64,000 nucleotides of DNA from Elusimicrobiota bacterium (GTDB lineage: Bacteria > Elusimicrobiota > Elusimicrobia > UBA1565 > UBA9628), in the NCBI GenBank assembly GCA_035533295.1, contig DATLUA010000002.1, forward strand, positions 11,323 through 75,322. Reading direction: 5' to 3'. Both the position numbers and the translations under genes were made by a program. The notes under the pieces are model-generated. The model did not search any database. It was not told the DNA's origin and worked only from the letters and a program-made list of their open reading frames with translations. Within the stretch, counting starts at the first letter, position 1; every line of letters begins with the position of its first letter. Below are positions 39,625 through 49,500 of the stretch, in pieces.

Positions 39625-40683
39625 TTAGGCCGGTTCGTCGATAAGCTCGCGCAACGCGCGCCCGACGTCCGCCTTTTGCGGCACGGTGACGTACTCAAGA
39701 ACGGGCGAGAGTCCGACGCCCGGAGTCGCCTTGCCGCACAAAAGCCTGGGCCGGACCTTCAGGTCGTAGAAAAGCTCGTCCACGGTCCGGCGGAACAGGT
39801 GCTCGCCGAAATTGGTGATCTCCGTCTCCTCGTTCAGAAAAAGAACGCGCCCGGTCTTCTTGATGGACGCCTTGATAAGTTCCCAATCGTAGGGCACCAG
39901 CGAACGCATGTCCACGACCTCGACGTCGCCGGTTCCGGCCGCGGCAAACGCTTTGGCCACATCCAGGGCGACCGGAGCCAAGCGGCCGTGGGTCACGACC
40001 GTGGCGTCCTTCCCGGCTTTGGAAATCTTGGCCTGGCCGATGGGAACGGCGTATTCCTTGACGTCCGGCCAGCGCGGCTTCCACTGGGCGCGGTCGCCGA
40101 TGGGCGCGTCGATCATCGCGCGCAGCTCCTTTTCGTTCGCAGGCTCGCCCGGGATGAGCTCTTCTCCCTTCACGCGCAAGAGCGCCTTGGGCTTCAGGAA
40201 AAGAACCGGGTTGTCGTCTTTGATGGCGGAAATCATGAGCCCGTAGGCGTCGAGCGGGTTCGAGGGGCAGACCACCTTCATGCCGTGGAGCTTGGTGGCG
40301 ATGGAATCAAAGGAATGTGAATGGTAGATGGAGCCGTGGATGCCCGAACCGGTCGGCGTCATGACCACCATCGGGGTCTTGTAGCGCCCGCCGGAAGTCC
40401 AGGTCGCGTTGGCCGCGAGCTTGAGCAAATCGATGACGTTAAAAATATAATCGACGAACTGGATTTCGGCCACGGGGCGAAACCCGGCCCAAGCCAAGCC
40501 CATGGCCGCGCCCACGATGCCGCGCTCGTCCAGCGGCGAGTTCCACGCGGTGCGCAAACCCTGCGTCGCGGTAAAAACCCCGCCCAACGGCGGGCCCACG
40601 TCCTCGCCAAAAATCTCCCGCACGCCCAGGTTTTCCTCGCCGTAGTGGAGAGCCAGGCGAATGGCTTGGACCATGTTCGCCAT
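39625..40683 (-). CDS. 2-oxoacid dehydrogenase E1 component beta subunit (transketolase-like)
   Basis: ..VREIFGEDVG..GGVF..T.GL....ERGIVGAAMGLA..GFRPVAEIQF.. The start was set at MANMVQAIRLAL. Confidence 0.9.
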   Translation of the reverse strand: MANMVQAIRLALHYGEENLGVREIFGEDVGPPLGGVFTATQGLRTAWNSPLDERGIVGAAMGLAWAGFRPVAEIQFVDYIFNVIDLLKLAANATWTSGGRYKTPMVVMTPTGSGIHGSIYHSHSFDSIATKLHGMKVVCPSNPLDAYGLMISAIKDDNPVLFLKPKALLRVKGEELIPGEPANEKELRAMIDAPIGDRAQWKPRWPDVKEYAVPIGQAKISKAGKDATVVTHGRLAPVALDVAKAFAAAGTGDVEVVDMRSLVPYDWELIKASIKKTGRVLFLNEETEITNFGEHLFRRTVDELFYDLKVRPRLLCGKATPGVGLSPVLEYVTVPQKADVGRALRELIDEPA

Positions 40684-41717
40684 CAGCTGCCTCCCTTGGT
40701 AGGATAGGACGGCGGCAGGGGCTCCGCGTAGACTCCTTCCCAAATGGATTCCGGCGAGGGGTAGGGCTCCTTCTTGACCTGCTGATGGGCGTCGTCGACT
40801 TCGGCCAAGGCCTGGGACCAGACCTTCTCCAAATCTTCCTTCTTCGCCAAGCCCTGGGCCGTGAGCTTCTCCTCGAAAAGGGCGATGCAGTCCGGCTCGT
40901 TCACGCGGTTGGCGCCCGAAGCCGAGGAATGGCCGTAAAGCCGGCTGCAGACGGCCTCCAAAAGATAGGGCTTTCTTTCCTTGCGGCAGTAGGCCAGCGC
41001 TTCCTTAATGGAGGCGTAGGACTCGGCGACGTCGTTGCCGTCGATGGTCTTGGCCGCCATGCTGAAAACCTTGCCCCAATCGGAAATCTTTTTCTCGCCG
41101 TGCTGGGTCTGCTCCGGCACGGAGATGGCGTAGTGATTATTGACCACGATGATGAGGATGGGCAGCGGTAGAATCGGACGATTGGCCCACACCAGGCAGG
41201 AGTGGAAGTCCCCCTCCGCCGTGCCGCCGTCCCCCCCGGTGACGATGGTGACGGCGTCCCCGGGCGTCCGGGCATTGGCGATGGCCGTGCCGATGGCCGA
41301 GGAATACTGGGTCTCGATGGTCGAAGTCACGGGCACGACGTTCCACTCCGGAACGCAGTAGTGGTTGACGAAATTGCGCCCCTTGGTATATGGATCCGTC
41401 GCCACCGTGCGCATCTGCCGGATGCCGTCGATGGTCGTGGCGCCCATGGCCAGGAGCGTGGCGCTGTTGCGGTAATGGAGATTGAGGTAATCGTAGCGCG
41501 GCCCTTGGCCTTTCTTGACCTGGAGTCCCAAGCTGACGTTGAACGCCTCTTCTCCAGGACCGCCGATCCAGAAATAGCCCTCGCCGGTGCGCCCCATCTT
41601 GATGCAGCGCTCCTCCAAAATCCGGGCGCGGACCATGAGGGTATGGATTTTGAGCAAAAGAGCCTTATCCATCGTGCCGAAAGGGCCGCCGGAGACGGCC
41701 ACGGTTGGCTGGGCCAT
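40683..41717 (-). CDS. 2-oxoacid dehydrogenase E1 component alpha subunit (TPP-dependent; pyruvate/acetoin/branched-chain type)
   Basis: ..GGDGGTAEGDFHSCLVWA.. TPP-binding motif and overall E1-alpha similarity. Confidence 0.9.
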   Translation of the reverse strand: MAQPTVAVSGGPFGTMDKALLLKIHTLMVRARILEERCIKMGRTGEGYFWIGGPGEEAFNVSLGLQVKKGQGPRYDYLNLHYRNSATLLAMGATTIDGIRQMRTVATDPYTKGRNFVNHYCVPEWNVVPVTSTIETQYSSAIGTAIANARTPGDAVTIVTGGDGGTAEGDFHSCLVWANRPILPLPILIIVVNNHYAISVPEQTQHGEKKISDWGKVFSMAAKTIDGNDVAESYASIKEALAYCRKERKPYLLEAVCSRLYGHSSASGANRVNEPDCIALFEEKLTAQGLAKKEDLEKVWSQALAEVDDAHQQVKKEPYPSPESIWEGVYAEPLPPSYPTKGGS

Positions 41718-41764
41718 AAATTTAGGATAGCAAAAAATTGCGGAGACTTAAATTCGAGCCCGCT

Positions 41765-42205
41765 CTAGGGCTGAACGGCGGGCGCCGGGCCGCGCGTCAT
41801 GCGCCAAGACGAGGAAGCGCCGTCATTGCCGTTGAAAGTCCCCTGGCAGGGGCCCGCGGAAGCGCACTGCCCGCTGCCGCTGCCTCCGCCGCACGAGTTC
41901 CCGGCCGGCGCCGCCTCGGAAAAGGAAACTGACCCGTCGGAACCGACGGTCCCCTTGGCGTCGGCGGCATCGAAGGTTCCATCGTTCGCGACGGTGACCG
42001 GAAGATTAAAAGGTCCCCATTGCGCGGAGCATCCCGGAACGGCCGGAGTGGAGCCGGGTTGAGCCGTGAAATTCCAGGTCCCCGTGTAGGGATTTTTCTC
42101 GTTGAAGGAAAGCCCTTTAAACCCGACGCCTGAAAGGCTTTGGCAGCCCGCGAGCCCGGCCGCGACGCACAGGCAAACCGCCGCTTTAGAGCGATTTCCC
42201 GTCAT
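41765..42205 (-). CDS. Small Cys/Gly-rich lipoprotein
   Basis: MTGNRSKAAVCLCVAAGLAGC lipobox, then a Cys-rich secreted region. The start was set at the internal Met directly after the permease stop. Confidence 0.45.
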   Translation of the reverse strand: MTGNRSKAAVCLCVAAGLAGCQSLSGVGFKGLSFNEKNPYTGTWNFTAQPGSTPAVPGCSAQWGPFNLPVTVANDGTFDAADAKGTVGSDGSVSFSEAAPAGNSCGGGSGSGQCASAGPCQGTFNGNDGASSSWRMTRGPAPAVQP

Positions 42206-42951
42206 GCCGCCGTGCCGGCGCCCGCGAGCCAGGCGGAGAAGGCCAGAATCGCCGCGGAGAAGCCGGCCAGAATGATGAGGCACGAGGACAGCGAAGCGAA
42301 CGCCGCGCCGCCGCCGGCGCGCATTGGGGAAAGAGCCTCCTGCAGGCCCACAACGGCGTATGTCACGGGGTTGATGCGCATCACCCAGCGCAGCCAGACG
42401 GGCGCCGTAGACGCCGGGAACAAGGCGCCGGAGAGCATCCAGAGAGGAATGAGGAACAAGTTCATCACCGCATGAAAGCCCTGGGTCGACTCCATGCTCC
42501 AGGCGATGCAAAAGCCGATGCCGGTCAGGCCCAAGGCGCACAGGGCCAGCACCAGAACGGCCCATACATAGTCCGCGAGCCCGGCCGGGAACCCCACGGC
42601 GCGGGCAAAAACCAGGAAAAAGAGGCCCTCGACGAAGCCGACCGTGGCCGCGCCCAAAACCTTGCCCATCACGACGGCTAGGCGCGGCGCCGGCGAGACC
42701 AGCACCGACTGAAGGAAGCCTTCCTTCCTGTCATCGATGATGGAAATGGTGGCGAAGACCGCGGTAAAAAGAACGATGAGCACGAGAGTTCCGGAAAAAT
42801 AATACTGCAGGACCTTCGGACCCAGGCCGGAGCCGATGAGAAACCAAAAGAGCACGGGCGGCGCGATGGCGCCGATGACGCGCGCCCGGTCCCGGAAAAA
42901 GCGCTTCATTTCCCGCTCCCACAGGCTGGCCACGGCCAAGGCAAAATTCAT
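42202..42951 (-). CDS. ABC-2 type transporter permease
   Basis: Six predicted TM helices; ABC-2 family-like (..RINPVTYAVVGLQEAL..). Confidence 0.7.
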   Translation of the reverse strand: MNFALAVASLWEREMKRFFRDRARVIGAIAPPVLFWFLIGSGLGPKVLQYYFSGTLVLIVLFTAVFATISIIDDRKEGFLQSVLVSPAPRLAVVMGKVLGAATVGFVEGLFFLVFARAVGFPAGLADYVWAVLVLALCALGLTGIGFCIAWSMESTQGFHAVMNLFLIPLWMLSGALFPASTAPVWLRWVMRINPVTYAVVGLQEALSPMRAGGGAAFASLSSCLIILAGFSAAILAFSAWLAGAGTAA

Positions 42952-43907
42952 CGGGCCTCCTCTTCCTTGACCCAGAAGCGGTGGCCGGTGCGGTGCATGA
43001 ACACGTCCTCCAAGGTCGGCTTCGACAAACTCACGGAGCGAATGAGGCCCGGGAAGGCTTCCACGATTTGAGGGATGAAGGAGTGTCCGTTTTCGCGTTC
43101 AAGCCGCAGGACTCCGTCCACCTGCGCCGGAGTAACGCCGAAGCGCTCCTTGATGCGCGCGCCCAAGGCGGCCGGATCCTCGGCTCCGATGGCGATGACG
43201 TCTCCGCCGATTTCGGCCTTCAAGGCGCCGGGAGTTCCCTGCGCGGCCAAGCGGCCCTCATCGAGCAGAATTAGGCGCGAGCAGTTTTCCGCCTCGTCCA
43301 TGTAGTGGGTCGTCAGCAAAATCGTCGAACTCCGCGCCGCACGCAAATCTTTCAGGTGTTCCCACAAATCGCGCCGCGCGCCCGGGTCAAGGCCGGTGGA
43401 CGGCTCATCTAGAAGAATGAGATCAGGCCGGTGCAGAAGGCTCTTGGCCAACTCCACGCGCCTTTTTTGACCGCCGGACAAGGCGCCCGCGTAATCATCG
43501 GCGCGAGAAGCCAAACCGTAGCGCTCGAGCCCCTCGGACACGCGCTTGGAGAGCTCCGCGCCGTGGACGCCGTAGAGGCGGCCCTGCTGCTCCATGTTTT
43601 CCCGCACGGTCAGTTTGGCGTCAAGACTGGGACTCTGGAAGACCACGCCCAGGCGGCGGCGGACGGCGCTCGCCTCTTTGAGCACGTCCAGCCCAAAGAC
43701 TTCCGCCGCTCCGGAAGCCGGCCTCAAGGCGGTCGATAAAATCTTAAAGAGCGTGCTCTTGCCGCCGCCGTTGGGTCCCAAGACTCCAAAAATTTCGCCC
43801 GCCGCGACATCAAAGGAGACGTTCTTCAAAGCCTCACGCGCCGGAGATTTTTTGCGCGCGGGATAGGCGTGGCCGACGGCTTTAAGCGCGACCGCCGGAG
43901 CCGTCAT
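42948..43907 (-). CDS. ABC transporter ATP-binding protein
   Basis: GVLGPNGGGKSTL Walker A, LSGGQKRRVELAKSL signature, ILLDEPSTGLD Walker B. The start was set at MTAPAVALK (ATGA overlap with the upstream stop). Confidence 0.85.
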   Translation of the reverse strand: MTAPAVALKAVGHAYPARKKSPAREALKNVSFDVAAGEIFGVLGPNGGGKSTLFKILSTALRPASGAAEVFGLDVLKEASAVRRRLGVVFQSPSLDAKLTVRENMEQQGRLYGVHGAELSKRVSEGLERYGLASRADDYAGALSGGQKRRVELAKSLLHRPDLILLDEPSTGLDPGARRDLWEHLKDLRAARSSTILLTTHYMDEAENCSRLILLDEGRLAAQGTPGALKAEIGGDVIAIGAEDPAALGARIKERFGVTPAQVDGVLRLERENGHSFIPQIVEAFPGLIRSVSLSKPTLEDVFMHRTGHRFWVKEEEAR

Positions 43908-44473
43908 TTGGCCGCCCTCCACAAAGTCTCGGTTTTGCCCGACTGATGATTGGCCCAGCGCGCCGCGGTAAAAAGATAGTCCGAAAGCCGGTTCAAGTAA
44001 ACGACGACCTCGGTGGGAACGGCTTCGGCCGCAGCCAAGGCCACCGCCGCGCGCTCGGCCCTGCGGCAGACGGCCCGAGACCAATGCAGGCCCGCGCCCG
44101 CTTTGCCGCCGCCGGGGAGGATAAAGTTGGACAGAGGCTCCAAGCCCGCGGTCATCGAATCGATGGCGGCTTCCATGCGTTTGATCGCTTCAGGTTCCAG
44201 CGGCGGCGTCCGGGAAGAAGAGCTTTTCTTGATGTCCGGCGGGGAAGCGAGGATGGCGCCGATGACGAAGAGTTCCTGCTGGATTTTGCGCAGTTCGCCG
44301 CGCAGGTCGCGCAGGTTTTCCTGCGGCTCGATTTCCGCCAGGACCGCGCCCAACGCGCAGTTGAGCTCGTCCACGTCGCCGTAGGCCGCTACGCGCCGGT
44401 CGTTCTTGGGCACCCTTGCGCCGCCCCAAAGCCCGGTTTCGCCCTTGTCTCCGGTCCTTGTGTAAATCTTCAC
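43904..44473 (-). CDS. ATP:cob(I)alamin adenosyltransferase, PduO-type
   Basis: MKIYTRTGDKGETGL.. is a canonical PduO/MMAB N-terminus. Confidence 0.85.
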   Translation of the reverse strand: MKIYTRTGDKGETGLWGGARVPKNDRRVAAYGDVDELNCALGAVLAEIEPQENLRDLRGELRKIQQELFVIGAILASPPDIKKSSSSRTPPLEPEAIKRMEAAIDSMTAGLEPLSNFILPGGGKAGAGLHWSRAVCRRAERAAVALAAAEAVPTEVVVYLNRLSDYLFTAARWANHQSGKTETLWRAAK

Positions 44474-44524
44474 TAAAATAATTTTGGCAAATTAAGAAGG
44501 GCCTGAAAAGACCCCGGAGGATTT

Positions 44525-46372
44525 TTATTCCCGGCCCAGATGCCGCGCCAGGAATTTCTCGCAGGCTTCGTAGAACTTAAGGCGGTTCTCGGGCCGGGCA
44601 AAACCGTGTCCCTCATCGGGAAAGAGCAGATACTCCACCTCCTTGCCCCTGGCGCGCAGCGCGCCGACGATGGCTTCCGATTCCGCGGCCTTGACCCGCG
44701 GATCGTTGGCGCCCTGCGCGATGAGCATGGGCGCCTGGATTTTATCGGCGAAAAAAAGCGGCGAGCGCGACTCCAGGAATTCCGGCTCCGTTTCCAGGCT
44801 GCCCACCCGCAGATCGAAAACGCGACGCAAGGGCTCCCAATAGGGAGGAACGGACTTAATGAGCGTCGCCAGGTTGGAAGGGCCTACGATGTCCACCGCG
44901 CAGCGATAGAGATTGGGCGTGAACGCGGCGCCGCACAAGGCCGCGTAGCCGCCGTAGGAAGCGCCGTAAATCGCGACACGGTTTTTATCCGCTATCCCTT
45001 CACGAATGGCCCAGAACACCGCGTCGGTCAAGTCGTCCTGCATGCGCGCGCCCCACTCCCGGTCGCCCGCGTGGAGAAAGCGCTTGCCGAAGCCCGCGGA
45101 GCCTCGGAAGTTGACCTGCAGGACAGCGTAGCCCTGGTTAGCGAGCCATTGGATTTCTGGGTGCAATCCCCAGGAATCGCGCGCCCAGGGCCCGCCGTGA
45201 ACATGAAGGACGAGCGGAAGCTTGTGGGGCTCCGCGCCCACCGGGACCGTAAGATAAGCCGTCAGCTTCAAGCCGTCCCGCGCCGCAATTTCCACAGGTC
45301 GCATGGGTGACAAAGCGTAGGATTCCAACGCCGGCCGCGTGCTGAAAAGAAAGGCCGTCGCACGCGTTGCGCGGTCGTATCGGTAATAGGACGCCGGGCG
45401 GCGATCGCTGATGCAGGAGACAATCCAGAGTTGATCCGCGTCATCCCGAGAAGCGAGATGAACGTCTCCTTCAAGCGCCTTGGCCAGAGCCTCGAAATCG
45501 GAGCCGACGTCACCGCCGATGGGCCGCCAAACGAGGCGCTCTTTTTCAAAGGCGCAGGCCTGAACGTTGAATTTGATGGGATGCACGAGAATCCCGGCGA
45601 CGTCCGCTCCCGCGCAGGAGGCCAGAAGCTGCCTCGACTTCCCGTCCAGGCTCATCTCCCACAATTGCGTGGCGTCCGAATCGAGGCTCGATTCCACGTA
45701 GAGCGCGTCGTTGGAGGGCGCAAAGCCGTGCGCGCCGACGGCTTCGTCCGGCCCCCACGATAAGAACGTGCGCCAAGGAGTCCCCGCGCCGTCCTTGACG
45801 CGCAACTCCCCGCCGCCGTCCGGCTTCATGGCGCGGGCGCAGCGCAGGTCAAAGCGGATGTCCGGCAGCCAGCCGATGATATCGCCCGGGTTCTGCTCGA
45901 CAAGGTCCATGGCGCCGGAAGCCACGTTGAGCCTGTAGGCATCGTGAACGCGCGCGTCGCGGCGATTAAGGCCGATGAGCGCGTCCTGGGGAAAATCAGG
46001 GTGGGTGCCGATAATCTGCGCTTGGACGCCGATAAAAGGCGTCAAGTCGGCGCCCATGCCGCCCTGCCAATCCGCGCGGTAGAGATGCCAGTTCTCGTCC
46101 CCGTCCTTGTCCTGGACGTAAAGGAGAGTCCGGCTGTCCCCGCTCCAAAAATAGCTGCGGATTCCGCGGCCGCGATCGCGCGTCACGGGCTTGGCGGCCC
46201 CCTCAAGAGGCCCCGCCCAAATATTCAAGACGCCCTCGTCCTCGGCTAAAAAGGCCAGCTTGGTCCCGTCCGGGGAAATTCGCGGCGAGGCTTTCTCGGG
46301 ATTGCCGAAAATAAGCTCGCGGGGAATCCGGCGGGGTTGTGACGGCTTCGCTAACTCCGGCGTCCGGCTCAT
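44525..46372 (-). CDS. S9 family serine peptidase (prolyl oligopeptidase / acylaminoacyl peptidase-like) with N-terminal beta-propeller
   Basis: ..VHGGPWARDSWG.., ..AIYGASYGGYAAL.. (GxSxGG), and a C-terminal ..DPRV..H catalytic region. Confidence 0.85.
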   Translation of the reverse strand: MSRTPELAKPSQPRRIPRELIFGNPEKASPRISPDGTKLAFLAEDEGVLNIWAGPLEGAAKPVTRDRGRGIRSYFWSGDSRTLLYVQDKDGDENWHLYRADWQGGMGADLTPFIGVQAQIIGTHPDFPQDALIGLNRRDARVHDAYRLNVASGAMDLVEQNPGDIIGWLPDIRFDLRCARAMKPDGGGELRVKDGAGTPWRTFLSWGPDEAVGAHGFAPSNDALYVESSLDSDATQLWEMSLDGKSRQLLASCAGADVAGILVHPIKFNVQACAFEKERLVWRPIGGDVGSDFEALAKALEGDVHLASRDDADQLWIVSCISDRRPASYYRYDRATRATAFLFSTRPALESYALSPMRPVEIAARDGLKLTAYLTVPVGAEPHKLPLVLHVHGGPWARDSWGLHPEIQWLANQGYAVLQVNFRGSAGFGKRFLHAGDREWGARMQDDLTDAVFWAIREGIADKNRVAIYGASYGGYAALCGAAFTPNLYRCAVDIVGPSNLATLIKSVPPYWEPLRRVFDLRVGSLETEPEFLESRSPLFFADKIQAPMLIAQGANDPRVKAAESEAIVGALRARGKEVEYLLFPDEGHGFARPENRLKFYEACEKFLARHLGRE

Positions 46373-46434
46373 TTGCCCTTTTCGGCCGCAACTGATAAAA
46401 TACGCTTCGCCGGACGCTGAAGCCTGGATTTCGT

Positions 46435-46511
46435 GGCGCGTTCGTCTAGCGGCCTAGGACATCGCCCTCTCAAGGCGGAGATCACGGGTTCAAATCCCGT
46501 ACGCGCCACCA
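46435..46511 (+). tRNA. tRNA-Glu (anticodon CTC), CCA encoded
   Basis: GGCGCGTTCGTCTAGCGGCCTAGGACATCGCCCTCTCAAGGCGGAGATCACGGGTTCAAATCCCGTACGCGCCACCA. The anticodon loop CTCTCAA has T33 and C34-T35-C36. Confidence 0.75.
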
Positions 46512-46525
46512 GTTTTTCCTCCACG

Positions 46526-49500
46526 CTAAGGATAGCGCCGCCGCCGGCGGGAAGCCGCGGCTTGGTACTGCAGGTGGAACTTCACCGCCTCCAGCGCGGC
46601 CTTGTTGATGAAGGGCCTTGGGTCCGTGAGCATCTTTTCGATTTTGGAGATGGGCCGGCCATTCTCATCGGTCTCGTTCTCCGCCAGGTAGCCCCGGATG
46701 CGGCCCGAGCGCGCCGCCATCTTGGCCCAGGCCTGCGCCGCCTCGTGCTGGGCGAGTTCGCCGTAGCCGGAAGAAACGCCGTCGAGAATCCGGAACACCA
46801 TGGCTTCGTCCTCCACCGCCGAGGACGCGGATACCGCGGACAGGACCATGACCAATTTGGCGACGTTCAAACTCCCGCTGACGGCCAAATAGTGGCCCAA
46901 ATGGCGGCGCAAGTCAGCTTCGGATCCCTCGAAAATGCGCCGGGTCGCCAAGAGTTTTTCCAAGGCCTGTCCCGCCGCGACGCCAAAAAACATGTGCTGC
47001 TCGACAGAGGAAAACCCGTCAATCATGTCTCGCATTTTTTTCGCGGCGGCTTCCGCGTCCCGATCGGAGCTCAAGTCTGCGGCGGCATAGAGCGCGAGCG
47101 CCTCGTCACGCTTCACCTCATGAGAGGAGTCGGCAGGCGGGGCCCCCCATGCGCCCCGCCCGCGCCATGATTGATAAAGTTCCTCCAAGCGTTTCGGAGC
47201 GACGCGCTGCAAATAGCGGTAGAGGACTTTCGCCCGCTCGGCCTGGGCGATGCCGGTGCTGATGGAGTAGCCGGCGCCGGTGACGCCGACCCAATCCTGC
47301 ATCAGCATTTCCTTGAATTCGGGCCCTCCCCAGCGCGCGGCCGCGAGAAAAAGCGCTTCTTTCTCCGTCGTCCGGTTTTGGCGCGCCGCTTGGTAACGGC
47401 GCATGAGCTCGGCTTGCTCCTCCCGCGTCTCGGGCTTCAAAAGCGCGGCCAGGGATTCCGCCAAGGCCAGCCTGAGCGGATTGTAATTATCCCCGCCGAT
47501 GCTGCTGTCTTCGGCTCGCCTGATGGCCTCGGTAACCAACCGCGCGTCTTCGGCCCCTGCGCCCGAACGGGCCAAAATGCCGGCCGCGGCGGCGGCCTCG
47601 GGGTAATACCGGTAAAGCGCGGCCATCTTATCGGAGGAAAGGATTTCCCTGGCCCACTCAACATCGTTTGGCGCGGCGGCGGCCAATGTTTCCGCCGCGG
47701 CGTAGCGCACGCCGGGGCTGCGGGTGTCCTCCTGCGCCAGAAGTCTTATGAGAAACTCCTTAAGTCCGCCCCTATCGTCATTGCTGGCGGGAAAATAAGA
47801 ACCCTTCGGCGTCGAGACCGCCCGAGTCTGGGGCGAGGATGCAGGAGCCTCGGCCGCGGCCGGTTGGCTCTTGAGCAGGATCAAGACCTCGGGAGAAACC
47901 CGCACCTCGGTTCCAGGTTCCGCGGCCAGCTCCAGGGCGAACTGGGCGGCCGCCCGCTCATCGGGGAACGCCACGCCATGATAATGGGGGCCGTCTTTTT
48001 CGCGCACCCAATAGTCCGGCCGGCGGCCGAAGCGCGCGACGATGCGATCGTAATTCTCCGAGGATCCCGTCTGCTCTCCGAAATTAAACAGCACGATTTC
48101 CGCCCTGTCGGCGGGATTCCAAGCCGAATCATGCGGGACGAAGACGGCGATTTTATCCGTGCCGCGCCGCAGGCTGCGCATCAATCCGGGATGGATCAGA
48201 ACCTTGGAAACGCCTTCCGCGCGAATCAGCGCCAGCACGGCGCGCACGGCGGCGCCTGTATCCGGCGCCGAGCCCTTAAGAGTGAACCGCGGGCTGACAT
48301 TGGACGTTTCGCGCATGAAAATGGAGAGGCCGGCGCGGCGCGCCAAATCTTCCACCTCCCTCTTTTTTGAAGCATCATCGCTCAAAACCAAAATAGTGTT
48401 CTCCGCCGTTATATCCGCGGATTCAGAAATCTTTCCCGCGTTCTCAGGGAAAAGAACGGATGGCGCGTCATGGGCATCGGCGGGAGCCGGGAGCGCCGGA
48501 ATCCCGTTGTCCGAACTGGGATTGACGACTCGGGCGTAGACCTCCGGGTGCACGGCCACGGCTGAAATCGCGGCGGAAGCGGCCAGGGCCAGCGCCAAAC
48601 GCGCCGCGTCCCGCGCGCCCGCCAAGGTCGCGAAAGCCTGGTAGGAGGACGGCGCGCCGTGGCGCATCGTCATCACGGGCACGCCGCCAAATCCCGCGGC
48701 CCCAAGCGCCGCGTTCAAGGCCGCGCGCGCGTCGGCGGCGGAAGCGGCGGAGACGAACACGCGGCCTGCGGAAGCCCGCGGGTGGAGAACCGTGTCGAAG
48801 GCCGCCACCTTGGATGCCGGAGAAGACGCCCCGGCGCCGGGCTGCGCCTGCGGCTCCGAAGCATGGCCCTCTTGAGCGGACGTCGAAAAAGAGGAGCCTT
48901 CCGTTCCGGCGTCTGAGTTATCAGCCGCAGGCGGCTCGCTGGACGGCCCGTTTCCAGGAACCTCGATCCAAATGGCAGCTTCTTTTCCCTCGACGAATCG
49001 CGGCAAAACGCCCGTTTCGGGCGAAGGCGCGTTCGGGTCGATGCCGGCTCGCGCTCCGGCCTCATAAAAAATCCGTCCGCCGCCGGCCCTGAAATTATGG
49101 CCCACCACGGTCTGGGGGGCGAAGGCGGCTTTAAGCCGCCGAACGGCCTCCGGAGAAAGAACCCGCGCCGGCGCCCGGATCCGGATCAGGATGCGCCCGG
49201 AACCCATCCGCCAATTCACGTCGATGCTCCGCCCCTCTTCAATTAAGGACTTAATGATAAGAATCGTTTCGCGGTAGGCTTGAGCCGCGGCCAAGCGCTG
49301 GAAGCGCGGCAAGCCGGAACGTCCGGAGTCCTCCCCGTAGGACTGCAGAGCCGCCGTTTCGCTCTCCGAATTCCCGTTGACTATTTCGACGGTCTTCCCG
49401 GGGCCGTTCCACCCAAAGGGAAAATTCTCCGGCATGGGCAGGACCGCGTCCGGGACTTCGTCCTGCGCCGCTTGGGCGGGAGGCTCCTGCGGGTCGCGCA

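Noticed and set aside
46433-47170. 245-aa plus-strand ORF
   Set aside because: It overlaps tRNA-Glu and is antisense to the 1493-aa gene.
47171-48370. 399-aa plus-strand ORF (and several other 100-300-aa ORFs) inside the 46.5-56.3 kb region
   Set aside because: They are antisense to the giant minus-strand ORFs, and their low-complexity composition is typical of GC-rich antisense frames.
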